Part shown: one piece after another, positions 11,893-25,022 of the stretch
How positions within the stretch are numbered: the first letter of the stretch is position 1
How the letters are laid out: every line of letters begins with the position of its first letter
Source of the DNA: Lama guanicoe
Taxonomy: Eukaryota
Assembly (NCBI GenBank): GCA_013239625.1
Contig: MU055362.1
Span: 1,875,430-1,939,429, forward strand
Direction: 5' to 3'
Length of the DNA stretch: 64,000 bases
Notes under the pieces: generated by a model
The model's input: only the letters and a program-made list of their open reading frames with translations
The model's database searches: none
Told to the model about the DNA's origin: nothing
Made by a program: the position numbers and the translations under genes

Positions 11893-13239
11893 AGAAGTGG
11901 TATGTATAAAATGCCTAGTGTAGCTCCAGGTAATCAATAGGTCATGGTAACTATGAGAACTGCCATTCACTTTCAATTTGCCTGGCTTCGCCCCCTTCTA
12001 GAAAATGGACAAAAAATTTCCTTAGCACAGTGTGTTTCCTATTCAGACGGTAATATTAGGAGCAGAATTGCAATCCTTGAAGAGACTTTGCAGCTCACCA
12101 TTCCTTTTTACAGGTGGGAAAACTAAGGCCCAGAAGATTGATGGTTCTTACTTGAGGAACGTGGATTAACCAGTATATTCCCAGCAAAGCAAGGCAATTG
12201 CAAAGGCAGCAAAGCTCCTCCTGCCAGGAGCACATCCTCATGAATCACTCGTGCCTGAATCCTTGGCCCAGGATCTAGTTCTGAAAGAAGGGCATGCCCA
12301 TAGGTACACCCAGAATTATCATCGAGCTGGAAGCTGGGGTCTACTGAGGAGGACTGTTCTCTCCTGGACGTTCTATTAGTTGATGTTTTCTTCAGCAGAA
12401 TTTGGAAAACGCAATCAGACACAATTAAATGAGGCTCAGGGCTTCGCCCTACAGTAAACACTGACACCTGGATCACGCACACCAGTCTCAGCTCCACAAA
12501 TAGGTGACCCTTGGTGGAAAAAAGGACAAATCCCAGTCGAGGCAGCAGCTGCTGATAGCCTGAAGTTTGAAAGGCTACTCTGTCCCCAAAACACCCCCTA
12601 CCCAAGTATGAGTCTGAAAAATCCCCTATTAGAGACTCATTCCTTTGGTTAGATGGCATTGCCTCTCCAGACCTTCTCTTTGAAGAGTTAAAAAACAGAC
12701 ACCAAGCTGTTATCAGATATTAACATCTTTGTGGGGATGACTTTATCAGGAGGCTGACATAAAGATCCTCATGGTAATTGTAACTATAGGGTGAAGAAAT
12801 ATTTTTAAACGGAGATATTCTGGGGAAAGGGGCAGTGAGGGCCAGGAGGGTGAACAGTAGAGGGAAAGGGAAGAGACAAAAACAGACAGAAAAATTTATA
12901 AACAGGAGCTGAGGAGCCAAAGGTGATTTGTCCTCTTTCAATTTGAAATCATAGAATTATAGAATTTTAAAACCAGCAGGAAACCTAGATATCATCTAAT
13001 ATAATGGTTTTGTAAGGGAGGTTGGCAATTTACTTTTTTCACATGATGTTACTCAAACCTGATATTTAAAACAGGTGAAAGGAGAGTTTCTCTAGTAACT
13101 GCAAAGGGAGGTGCAACGCTCTGCCCACATGCTCCCCACTGGACAGCCCTGTGGTGTGCCCAAGATTCCAGCACTCCTCCACACCAACTGGAAACTGCTG
13201 CCCCACACTGTTGTGTGGTCAGAAATGGTACCTATTAAC

Positions 13240-13475
13240 TACCGAGTATAAGTAACAGCTCCCAAGTGTTGAGCAATTAATACTCAATGAAATCCCAGCA
13301 GTGTAAAACGTAACCACTTTACAAGGATTTTTCTCATTTAATCCTCATAATAACCAGCTCTGGGGCTGGTACCATTATTATTTCCATTTTACCAATTAAG
13401 TGGCACACAGGTAAAATTAACAGCTAATGTGAGTTCGAAGCAGGACTCAAACTCAGGCTATCTGACTCCAAACCA
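13240..13475 (-). mobile_element. MIR SINE
   Basis: tctcatttaatcctcataataacc...attatttccatttta...ggactcaaactcaggctatctgactccaaa. Confidence 0.75.
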
Positions 13476-13659
13476 GTCATCAAATTTCTCCTGAATTAGG
13501 GGGCTGAATTAGGATGAATTATCTTCCCTGTCCTACATATGGAAAAACCAACGCTGAGCACAGGAAAGTGGACTGTGGGCAGTCAGAAGGTTGATGACTG
13601 CAAAGCAGGACCCAGGATCAGGAGTGCCAGCTCCCAGCTCAGGGTCCTCCAGGGTTCCT

Positions 13660-14190
13660 TCACCTAGGGATCGAGTAACAGTTCTTCATGAAGAAGCCCC
13701 AGTCTTCAGCATGGTTCCCGAAACCCTTCAGGTTCAGATCCCTGCTAGCCTTCCAGTCTCACCTTCAGTCTCATCAGCTCATGTCCTGGTCGTGCTCCTG
13801 GACCACTGTGTGCTAAAAATACCACACTCATGCCTTAACTCCCTTTCCTCAACTTGTCCCCAGAGAAGGGACTCCCAGGGGATGACCTTCCCTGCCTATC
13901 TGATTAACTCCTACTGAGCCTTCAAGGTTTTGTTAGGGCATCTCCCTCGTATAATTCCATGCCTTCCCTGATACCCCCTGAACCTGCACACACATCCCAG
14001 CCCACCTAGCTCATCCTTCCTCCTCGCTCCCCTCCACACAGAAGCACCTTTACCCCTGTGCACATCTGCATCTCCCTCCAACCAAAGCTTCAAGAGTGAG
14101 TCCCACCTGTTACCCAACTTCATTCCCTGAACCTAGTACAGAGCGGCCACTTAGGTATGCTCCATGGAGAAGGAATGAAGAAGTAAATGA
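13660..14190 (+). mobile_element. L2 LINE 3' end
   Basis: actcctactgagccttcaagg...cctagtacagagc...gaatgaagaagtaaatga tail. Confidence 0.6.
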
Positions 14191-15220
14191 CTGCTGAGCT
14201 TACACTCAAAAATCACTGTCTACAAATATATTTTGAACCCTCCTACCATTTTTTTTCTTTAAGTAAAAAGTTTACTCAAAAGTTAAACAATAATTGCTTT
14301 CTATAAGGAAAAAATTGCCTAAAACAAAATGATTAAATATATACTTTTTCCCACTGACTGCATGCCCTTTTCTGAACATGCGATTCCACTCAATTAACAC
14401 ATACTAGGTTCCCCACAGCTCGTCTGATCTTCAGCCTCTCCGGGGACAAGCACAGCCACTCATCCACTCTTGAGCTCCCCACCCCCATCTCTCGTCAAGT
14501 GGTGCCCGAATGTCTCCTCACACTCATCTGCGACCAAGAAGTCACAGTCCCTCCAAGGCAGCTCATTCTGCCATCACATAGCTACAACTGCTAAAATAAA
14601 CCACAGCAAACAGGAGAAAAGGGTCCTCTATTCAGCCACAATCTGCTTCCACGTAATGCTTCCCCAGTACTTCTGGTTCACCCTAGGTCCACTCAGACCC
14701 AGTCTAATCCCTTTTCCAGAAAATGACCCATCAGAATCCTCTCAAGCCCCACCTGAGTCTTTGGACTAAATATCCCCAGCTCTGCCAACCGTCCTGACTG
14801 CCTTCCAGCAACTGCGTGGTTTGTCGACAACTCCTCAAGTGTCACAGACCGCTGCTATTGGTGCCTCCTGGATTTTATTAGCTCTTTGGGCAGCTACTGC
14901 TCAGTGTTCCCTCACAGACCTCACGGTCAACCTCTCTGAGTCTTTTCCACTCTTGCTATTGCTGAGCCATGTCGCTCACATTCTAATTAGGGCAGTTGGA
15001 TTTATGGACCTTAAATACACCACTGACAAATTTCCCTTTGTTTTTGTAATTGCAAAAGCAGAGACTTCTAACTGTTGGTCAAAATCCATTTCCTCCTTGT
15101 CCCAGGCACACAACCAGATTACACTTCCCAGACTCCCTTGCAGCTAGGTGTGGCCATGTGACTTGTCATCACCAGCACATTGTGAACACAAGTCAAGGTA
15201 TTTAGGAAACAAGTATGGCC

Positions 15221-15780
15221 TCAGAATAACCAATTGGTTAACAAGAAATATTTCTTTTTATAGAGGAACTCTAGCTAACAAATGAGAAGGAAATTATAGA
15301 ATTTGAGTATCACCACTTACCAACTTTAAATGAAATAATGAATTTACACAGTGATCTTCAATAGTCAAAATGCACATGACCATCTACGACGTAAACTTGC
15401 CCCCAAAATCAACCTGAATCTGGACAAGACTCTAGACATAAGTATCATCTTAGAGGAAATACAGAGGAACATGTTAAACGGCACAGTGAAGATACAATCA
15501 GCAAAATCCAGGCTGTGGGAAACTCTACAGGACAAATAACCTAAGAACGATAATTACAAAGGGCAGAAGTGGGGACAGGGGAGCTACAGATTAAGAGACA
15601 TACCAACCAGCTGCAGCATGTAACTCCCTGATTCTAATAAACTGAAGAGTGGAAGAGGGAGAATACGAATTATGGAAATTTGAACACTGGATAGATATTT
15701 GATGATTTTAAGGAAATTCAGTATCTTAGGAGTAATAATGATGTTGTGCTTATGCTTTTAAAACATAAGAGTTCTTCTTC
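15221..15780 (+). mobile_element. L1MC4/5-type 3' UTR fragment
   Basis: caaaatccaggctgtgggaaactctacaggacaaataacc; gaaatttgaacactggatagatatttgatgattttaagg. Confidence 0.75.
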
Positions 15781-16099
15781 TACAAAACAGAAACAGACTC
15801 AGAGACATAGTAAATAATCTTATGGCTACCAGGGGAAAGGAGTTGGGAAGGGATAAATTTGGGAGTTTGAGATTTGCAAGTGTTAACCACTATATATAAA
15901 AATAGATTAAAAAAATTTCTTCTGTATAGCATGTAACTAAATTCAATATCTTGTAATGACCTTTAATGAAAAAGAATATAAAAACAAATATATGTATGTA
16001 TATGCATGACTGGGACATTGTGCTGTACACCAGAAATTATCACATTGTAACTGACTATATTTAATTAAATAATAATAATAATTATTATTATTATTATTT
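15781..16099 (+). mobile_element. Young camelid-type L1 3' end with (AAT)n(ATT)n tail
   Basis: tacaaaacagaaacagactcagagacatag...gggataaatttgggagtttgagattt...tatgcatgactgggacattgtgctgtacaccagaaatt. Confidence 0.85.
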
Positions 16100-19000
16100 C
16101 CAAAAAAGCATGCTCTTCTCCTTCTGGATGCACATCTAAAGGAATAAGTTAATGAGACCTTCGGGGATAGAAGGAGCCACAGGATGGAAGGAGTAGGGGT
16201 CCTCATGGAAAGTCATCAGCCAACCATGGACACTTACCTCAGACTATTATGTGAACAAGAAATAAATTTCTATTGTGTACGAGCCACTGTAACATTCTAG
16301 GTTTGTTTCCACAGCCTACTCTACACATAGAATACAGCAATAAATACCTTGGTCTTGGTCCATAACTTAATCTATGGGATCTTTCCAAAGTCATTCTTTC
16401 ATCCAAATTATGTTCCCTCCTTTTGCTATTTGTGCATTTCTAGCATTTGGGCTTTGAAATGAAAATGACAAGCACAGTATTTCTAAATGTTAGACAATGT
16501 CCTGTAGCCGCCATTGGAAACCTTTTACAGGGAGTCCAAGTCAATTAATCAATGTCCTTCGAGTAGTGATTCTGTTATGAATCTATCTAGTTATACTCAC
16601 CCCTGACACAATACTCTGTTCTGCCGAGAGATTGTTGTATCTTGTCAGATGCCTTGTTAAACTCTAACTAGATAATTGACAGTTGGAGCTACTAACTCTA
16701 AGAAAAAAAAGGAAATAACATCAGATTTGATTTATTCTTAGTAAATACACACTAACTCTATTGATCACTTTCAGTTCTAAATGGTCACAGATAAATCCCT
16801 TAGTAATTTATTCTAGCATCTTGACTGGTTTCGACTGTCAAGCTCACCATTCTGCAATTTAAGGGGGGAAAAGCCATCTTTTCCTTTTCAAAGATCAAAA
16901 ACTATTTTTGTAGGTCTATAAATTCCAACACTGCAATTCCTCAAATCCACTCCCCCACCGCAGTCAGGTGACCACACTTGGAGACTCCCTGGGAAGCATC
17001 TCCTTTGCCTCAAGGCACTTGAAATCATTTAGAAAAAGTCAGGCTTTTAGTAGCTTCGATTCCCTTTTTATCAGTGTGTATTCTACCACTGTTTTTGAGA
17101 ACCTCTTCCTTAAGAGAGAAGAGATGCAAAATAAGAACAGAGCTGTTCATCCGCCCTCTTAGAGCAGCAGGCAGTGCGTCTGTGTCACAGTCTGACGAGT
17201 AGAGCCATTCCACTTCCTCTGTGTCAGTTACGTTCACCACAAGCAGCTCTCAGAGCAGTTAGTGATTTCTTTGGGAAAGAAATGGCAGGTTCCTGATGCC
17301 TGGAGTCCTTCCAGCACCCGTCTGTGTCCAGCTTCTTGGGGAATGTGGGCAAGGCACATACCAACAATTTCACATTCTTTATCACTGACCAGGGCTGCAG
17401 CACCTCATTCATATCTGACCTCCTTCCCCAGGACCTGGGTGAGGAATGCACCAACTTCAGAGCAACGCCTGCAGTGTCCCACCAAAGCTAGCCAGCAGCA
17501 AGGACGTCCTATGCTTTTCTCTCAGTCCTCAGGCCCTATTAACCCAGCAGCATTAGTTCAAAGAGAGTAAAGGAAGAACAAACAAGGAGAATAACTCACA
17601 AAAGAGAGAAGTGATTTGTCAGAATCCATTTTCCTTGAAGTTCTTTTCCTCTTTTCATCTAAATCTCTTCTTCCTAGAGTGATGGTGCTGTTGTGTGCTC
17701 CCGAGGGCTCCCCTTCAGTTCAGGCTCACACCAAAAAGTGATCCACGGAGCTGAGCTAATCCTTGAGCGCCCCCTAGAGCATCATGCATGACCAACAACA
17801 CCCTTGAACCCAGGCCATCTTTGTCATTCTTACTCAGCGTATCACCCAGAAAGCCCTTGGCATTTTTGTTTTCTGATGCCTTTTGTCCTCGGCATTTCTG
17901 TTTCAAATCTCAAATCACTCTCAGCTTTGACCTTTCTGACGCTGTCTTTACTGTGTCATACTCAATTCTGCCCCTTTCCTTTCCTCCTTTACGGATGGCC
18001 ATCCATTCAAATGCTGTGTCAGCAAAAAACCAACCCTCTCCACGATGCCTTATATGCTTCCATCTCCTCCATACACTGACTGGGGTCCTTCTTCTTCTAG
18101 GGACCATGGAATTGTGCCTATTCTTTCTCTAAAATTTGTGCAATCACCTCCTTCATGTCTACAGTGTGCACCTATGCCCCGCTTTTGTCTGATATCAATA
18201 GAACGGAGGTGGCCATCAAATAGACAAACCCAGCCAGAGGTCATTTTAAAATCTGCAAGAGTGAGATTTTAGGAATTTTATGAAAAAAAAATGCACCATT
18301 CCATCAAAGTCAAAGGTCTTTAGAGTTACATGGCAAAGACATTTATATATTATAATAGCCAATGAAATGCAAAATCCAAGCGGCCGTCAAATTGGGTGGG
18401 ATTATATTTAGACAGAAGAATGTAGAAATGCATAATGCACAACCTGAATCCAAGGACGGGGACTAGGTGACCACATCCCTCTTGAAGTTGTGGAGTTTTT
18501 AACAACACATTGCAATAAACACAGCGTTGGTTCACTGAGTCCTGCCAAGTATCCAGAGGAGTCTAGATCAAGGTCTGGTTGCTGCGGCAGCTCTCCAGAA
18601 TTACGTGGGGCGACATAAATTAGTTTCCTTAGCGAGTGCATGCCTTTCAATCTCAGGGATGGTTAGAATTAAGGACGCAATTATTAGAATCTGCTAGACT
18701 TAAAAGAGTAAGTTGTGTGAATTGAACTCACAGGGTTGAGGAAGAACTAATTGTTTTTCTGTACTCGAAAACAACCCTCGACGGCACCGACCACTCACAT
18801 CTTTTCCCCAAGGTTGTCACCACTGTCACTTCACCATCTAATCTCCCCTCGGCCATAGGATGTAAGGAACAATCTTTTGTGTTTCTCTGTCTGGCCTCAG
18901 GGAGGACAACCTCCAGCCTGATAAGTGAAGGACCTGTCAGACGTTCTGCTTCCAGCTGAGCCCCAGCAGGTAGTTAAGATGATGGGTAAGCCCTGAATCA

Positions 19001-19399
19001 TGACTAGTGTACCTCTGGACCATTTGGAGAATTTGCACCTGTTTGTTCCACTGGTCATGCAGAATCCTTGCCTGAAAACACCTTTACTCCTCAGTTACTT
19101 TATCCTCACTTGCATGGTCCTAGATGGCTTTCCCCACCAGCCGTGCAGATTTCTGAGAAGGGTTATGCTTTATTCATATTTACACCAGCCCCAGCTTCAC
19201 TCTTAATGGGTCTATTTCCCTTAAAGAGCTGACTCCCCTTTTATAGCCATAGTTTCTAGCATTCCAGAATAAAATACTACTGTTCACTTATGAGCTTGTA
19301 CAATGAGAGAATTCAGATAATTCCATAGATAATAAGACTGTGGATATGATCCACTAACTTGCCTGAACAGCAGTCCAGCAAAGCATCTGAGTGTTTTCA

Positions 19400-19612
19400 T
19401 CTTTGAAAGCAGACTTCCTAGGCTTAAAGTCTGACCCAGATACTTCCCAGCTGTGTAACTTGGCTCAACTGCTCTGACCCTCAGTTTCCCAATCTGTAAA
19501 ATGTGTCCAATAATTCTACTTCCCACCTAAAGCTGTTGTGGGATTAAATGCTATAACCCACATGAGCACTTAGCACAGTGCTTGGCACATAAGAGCTCCA
19601 TGAACGTTACCA
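19400..19612 (+). mobile_element. MIR SINE
   Basis: cagctgtgtaacttgg...cctcagtttcccaatctgtaaaatg...gttgtgggattaaatg...gcacttagcacagtgcttggcacata. Confidence 0.85.
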
Positions 19613-20989
19613 ACACTGTGGACACAAGGGCATTGGAAGGCTGTCCACTGGCTCGCAGGAGATGCACTTCCACACTTCACTGGAATGGTCCACTTCAGTC
19701 TTAAATTTAGAATAAATGGCTTTGCCCCTCACATTATTTCCCGCATTCAGCTAAACCTAGCTCTGAACTAAACCAAGATCTGAAGCAAGCAGATGGAACT
19801 TAAAGAGAAAAAAGAGAAAATTCAATGAGCTCTTGGAAAATAAGTCTTCTGGGTCTGTCATCTGCACGCTCTCTGACCACCTTGTAAACTTCTGGAAAAT
19901 GGAGACTCACAACTTTTTAATCAAAATTTAATTAGTGCCTTACACACAATAAGCACTCAATAATTAGGAGTATAAATGAAAGAATTGTGTCTCCAGTCAC
20001 CTAGGTGCCAGGGAAACCCAGTCCTCATTCTTGTTCATTAAAGCCAGATTCTCCAAGCTCTTGTCCAAGAGCCATCCGGCAGGGATTTCTCACAGCTTTA
20101 ACTGTAGAGCCCCTTCCCCTCCTTTCCACTTCTTCCTTCGCCCCCACCCCTCCCCATATTCAGTTTCCATCCCCTCTGAGAGATTCCCATTGTAGGAAGC
20201 AGAGAATTACTCTTTAACAAGAATAATCTAGGGAAAAAATGCTGGATGTGAGTTCCACCTGTGTAGGAGCACGCTAAAAGTATGCGTATTTTTGGTAATT
20301 ATTTTTACCCTCTCCTACATCAGAATGTGGCCTGAGGGCCTCACACCAGGCATTGCTCCTACAAGCTCAGATCACAGTCTTTTCCTGGCAATCTCATAAA
20401 GATTTCATTTCAAATAAGCCTAGGTCTACCCAATAATTTTGCAGAGTTGCCTCCTACCCTGGAAAGTATGCCTTTGAGAAAGAAAATCCAAGGCCTTTTC
20501 AGTTTACACCTACAAATAATATATTAGTAAAAGCTCATGTTCCCAAATCCTGGAGATCTGTGGATGCTGTTTGACACATCACCCGCCTCAATGAAAGTCT
20601 GACATGTCAAAAACTCAAGGACATTCTGTTGTTCAATCTGGATTCTTAAACAGCAAAGTTTTACTTACTGATACATAGGGAATCAACAGCAAATTAAGAG
20701 AGGTTAAGTTCAGTAGCAAATGGTGCACCAAATTATTTCAGGAGCAGCAAATAAGGATGGGCAATGTCAAGGCTCCCCAAACATCCAAAGTTGAACTGTG
20801 AAATCTGAGCAGAGACATCTGAGTGTTGCCTCAGAGAGAGACTATCTTCCAGGGCCGGGAGGAAGGAGAGCAAGCGAAGTCTGGGTCTATCAGAAAAATG
20901 TCAGCTGTAGAATGAATGGACTTAGCACTCCTAAGGAGTGAAGAGATCAGAAGATGAAAAGCGATTTGCTTCTGGTGGGGGGTGGACTA

Positions 20990-21460
20990 TTACTCAGCCT
21001 TGAAAAAGGAAGTCTTTCCATTGATGAGCCTGGTGAAATAAAGGGGACAAAGACAAATACTGCATGATCTCACTTACAAAGAGGAATCTAAAATAATCAA
21101 ACTCATAGAAGTGAGGAATAGAACAGTGGTTGCTGGGGCTAGGCAGTGGAGGAAAAGGGGAGATGCTGGTCAAGGGAAACACAATTTCCGTTATGCATGA
21201 TGAATAAGTTCTGGAGATTTAATGGACAGTCATGTGNNNNNNNNNNNNNNNNNNNNNNNNNNNNNNNNNNNNNNNNNNNNNNNNNNNNNNNNNNNNNNNN
21301 NNNNNNNNNNNNNNNNNNNNNNNNNNNNNNNNNNNNNNNNNNNNNNNNNNNNNNNNNNNNNNNNNNNNNNNNNNNNNNNNNNNNNTGTGTATCAAAACAT
21401 CAAGCTGTACACCTGAAACCTGTACAATTTTTGTTTGCCAATTATACTTCCACAAAGCTG
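20990..21460 (+). mobile_element. L1MA/L1MB 3' end (partly N-masked)
   Basis: aaagacaaatactgcatgatctcactta...tcaaactcatagaag...gaataagttctggagat...tatcaaaacatcaagctgtacacc. Confidence 0.85.
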
Positions 21461-21924
21461 GGTTTGAGGGGGAAGGTCATTTGCTAATTAAACAAATATC
21501 CATTAAATTGGGCTATGCCAAACATCAATCCAAGATGGTGGTAAACAAGATAATCTTCAGCTTCATGGAGCTTATAGTCTAGTGGAAAATACTTGTCGTT
21601 CCACCAAAAAGACCAAAACCCAGGCACCCACGTGATGGGCAGGGATTCTTGAGTCTACATTGAAAAGGTAGAAGCTGGACAGGCAAGAACACACAAAACT
21701 GAGTGGCAGAAAGAGTGCACCAAGTGCCCTCCATGAGCGTAGAGCAACGCGGTCCACACCCTTGTGTTGTCTGGTGCCAGGGCTGATACATGCCTGTTGC
21801 TGGGGGTGGATGCCAAAGGCTCTAACACTGTTAAACATCCAACTCTCGCCCCTTTCTTCCGTTCTGTGCTCAGGAGACAATGTCCTTGTCATAACTTGGC
21901 TTTCCAGATACAGCAGAGACCACT

Positions 21925-22362
21925 GGTTACCATCTTAATACTTATTTCCCCCTTCTTAATAATAACATCTCTCTGAATATATGGCCAGTGAGAATAAAGA
22001 CTACATTTCCCAGGTGCCTTTGCAGTCAAGCTTCCCCACCTGACTTAATTCTAGCCAATTGGACATGAGAAGAATTATGTGATGCTTCTGGATCCTGCTT
22101 CCAGAAGAAATGTGTTTCCCCTTCCTCTCTCCTTTCTCCCTTCCCACTGGTAAGAAAGCAAACAGGGTAGGAGGCATTCTTGAATTATGGGGATGAGGCA
22201 CACCCAAGACATGATGAAAAAATAAACAGAAAGAAACTGAACCCTTAAGGTCTTCTCTGGGCTTAGACTTTTACGTGAAAGAAACCAAACTTCTATTGCA
22301 TTTGGACCACTCTGAAATTTGGATCTCTGTCCCATTCAATTGAACCCATATCCTGACTAATA
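21925..22362 (+). mobile_element. MLT1 (I-K type) LTR
   Basis: actacatttcccaggtgcctttgcag...ttctagccaat...aaccaaacttctattg...tcctgactaatac. Confidence 0.7.
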
Positions 22363-22802
22363 CTTTATGTAAATTTCCCCTTACAGGAGACACGGGCCAG
22401 AAGCCACATGTGTTCAGCCCTCTTATAGTACTATTTCATGTGACAAATTAATACACTAGCAGTTCATCAGAGAACAGCAGTCTTCCAAAGCCGGCCTGGC
22501 AGCCACGGCTAAGACAGATTCCCAGAGTCCTGTTGCCTGAGAAAGCCTTTTGGGGGCCAGCCTCCCAGTCCTACAGCAATAAAAGCAGCTCAGAAGGCAC
22601 AGAGGATGTTGAAACTTTCCCATAACACAAACAATAGAGGTGCAGGCAGGACTGCCTCAGGGGGTCTGAATAACCAGTTTCCATCTCATTATCACCGAAG
22701 ACTAGTAGTCATTTGTCTACTTTCCCCATTTAACAATGAGTGACAAAGCGACTTGGCCAGAGTGCTCACAGGAAGTGCAGGGTTCTTACAAATCCATGAT
22801 GC

Positions 22803-22914
22803 TAGAGGGACCAACCTGTCCCAGTTTGCTGGGTCTTTCCTGGTGTTAGCACTGAACATCCCACAGCCCAGGTGCTCCTCAGTCCCAGGCAACCAGGGCC
22901 AGGGGGTCACCCTG
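22803..22914. mobile_element. MER81-like hAT-Blackjack MITE
   Basis: imperfect TIRs tagagggaccaac / ggggtcaccctg, internal ttagcactgaa...cctcagtcccaggcaa, ~112 bp. Confidence 0.75.
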
Positions 22915-23679
22915 TGCGATGCAGTCCTAGACCCTGGACATGCATCCATGACCTACTCTGGACTCCTACAACCCTCTGCGGGTTATCTGTCGTTTCACTG
23001 GTCTCACTGTCACCATTATTGTAAACACATCTGTGAGCTGCTCCCTGCACTCACAGTGCCTGGCACCCACCTGGAGATGACTAAGGGCTTCCTGAACTGG
23101 ATGATAATTCTACTGGGTGCCATGTGCTTTGCACTCAAGCTACTGAAAAGTCATCACTGGTAAAGGAGGAAAATGACACTGTAGGGTAGCAGAGGAAGGG
23201 AGTGGCATATTTAGCAAAGCACACTTGGAAGTGGGGGAATAACGAGAGGTGGTGTGTCTAAGGTGCTATTCTCGGCATGAGGTTGGACAGTGGCATTCCA
23301 AACCCTACTGTCTTACAAAGCCCAAGGAGTTATTTCGATTACTGGCATCTCCTGCTATGAAACTGAGGAGGAAGACTTTAAAGCAATTATGATTAAGCAT
23401 GTTTCAAAAGGTCTGAGACACAAAAGCTGGCTAATCAGGATAGACCACTTTTAAGAATGCTTCTGGACGACTCTCCTGGAGTTGCTGCATAAATCAAGTG
23501 GTGGCTACTGTGTCCCCAAGTGTGTCCCTGTTGCTGCACTTAGCACGCTGAACTTCTGTGACCTGCTGTCGTCTGTCTACCTGTCTGTAATTGCTCTGAG
23601 CCCAGGAGTTCCTGGAGGCTGGGAACACCTGGCACAGTGCTGAGCACGTAGCTGGCATTCAATGAGTATCCATTCTGAG

Positions 23680-24557
23680 CTGTCTTTCGCTCACAACACT
23701 TCGGACACCAGATAGGTGGGTTTTTCCTCACACAAATCAATCCAACTCTCTGGACACCAATGGGGTGTCCTAATAGTTCAGTTCAACTCTTACACAAAGC
23801 ACAGATCCCGCAGGTTCGGGGCCCCATCCCACAAGACTGCCCTCCAATTCAGATGCCAATCACAAGTCCAGGCCACCTGTCCTTCTGATCAACCAGCTAT
23901 AAAGTCAAGGGATTCCCACAACTCCCTCCTCAGGTCCATCACTTTGCTAGAGTGGCTCACAGAACTCATAGAAGCCCTTGACTTACTATTTCTGGTTTAC
24001 TATAAAGGCTACAACTCAGGTACAGCCAAACAGAAGAGACACGCAGGACAAGATCGGTGAGTAGGGGGGCTTCCAGACCACCACCCTTCCAGCACCTCAA
24101 TGTGTTCACCAATCCAGAAGCTCCCCCAAATCCCACTATTCAGGGGTTTCTATGGAGGCTCCATTTATTGGGTACAATTGATTAACTCTTTTGCCACTGG
24201 AGATTAACTCGATTTCCAGCCCCTCTCCCCAGAGGTCAGGGGGTGGGGATGAAAGTTCCAAATTTCTAATCATGTCTTGGTCTTTCTGGAGACCAGCCCT
24301 TATCCTGAAGCCATCTAAGGGACAGCACCACCAGTCATCTCACAAGCATACAGAAGATACTCTTTCCACTCTGGGGGTTCCAAGGTTTTTAGAAGCTCTT
24401 ATGTCAGGATTCGAGGACTATAATGTAAGACCAAATGTTATAACAAAAGATGCTCCTATAACCCCCATCATTCAGGAAATCACCAAGGTTTTAAGAGCTC
24501 TGTGCCAGGAACCAAGGACAAAGACCAAATATACATTTCTTGCTGTATTACAATATG
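23680..24557 (-). mobile_element. MER21-type LTR
   Basis: cacaacacttcggacacca...ctctggacaccaatggggtgtccta...cccacaagactgccc...ttgctagagtggctcacagaactca...aagaccaaatatacatttctt. Confidence 0.85.
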
Positions 24558-25022
24558 ATGTCCGTGCATGTCACCGAAGTTTCCCCAACCCCGAGATAAT
24601 CATTTTCTGGACAGGCAGGGTAGTTCAGGGATAAAAGCAAGAACTCGGCTCGTGCCTAGTTCCCTGATTCATAAAATGGTAATAAAACAGCATCTAATTC
24701 ACAGTGTTTCTAAGGATTAAATAAATTATGCACGAAGTCTTTGGAATCCTGCCTGGTGCAGAGTGAATGCCGTAAGTGTTTCTTCTTCTGTGATTTTGAC
24801 CATAGGAGAATATCTTTTCACTGTGAAACTTTGAACAGCCCAGAAATTTATTTACTAAAATGTTAAGTAGGGGAAAAAAAGTAGGTTACAGAAGAGTATA
24901 CATGGAATGATCTCATTTATGTAAGAAAAAAAAATGTGTCTGTGCACTGAAAGCACCTGGAACACAGCTTCCAGAAAAGGGCAGGGGAGAGAGAATGGGA
25001 GGAAAAGACGAAAAGCGAGAGA

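Larger units (their letters stand above)
15070..16336 (+). mobile_element. MLT1 (H-J type) LTR split by L1 insertions (15070-15220, 16105-16336)
   Basis: cttcccagactcccttgcagctaggtgtggccatgtgact ... aagaaataaatttctattgtgt...gagccactg...aataca. Confidence 0.75.
14740..17100 (-). mobile_element. L3/CR1 LINE remnant (14740-15040 and 16340-17100) hosting nested insertions
   Basis: reverse strand reads LEFNKASD (~16645-16670; cf. RT motif LDFSKAFD) and VSLT (~16837-16848; cf. YRPVSLT); ctaaatatccccagct 3' motif at ~14767. Confidence 0.6.
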
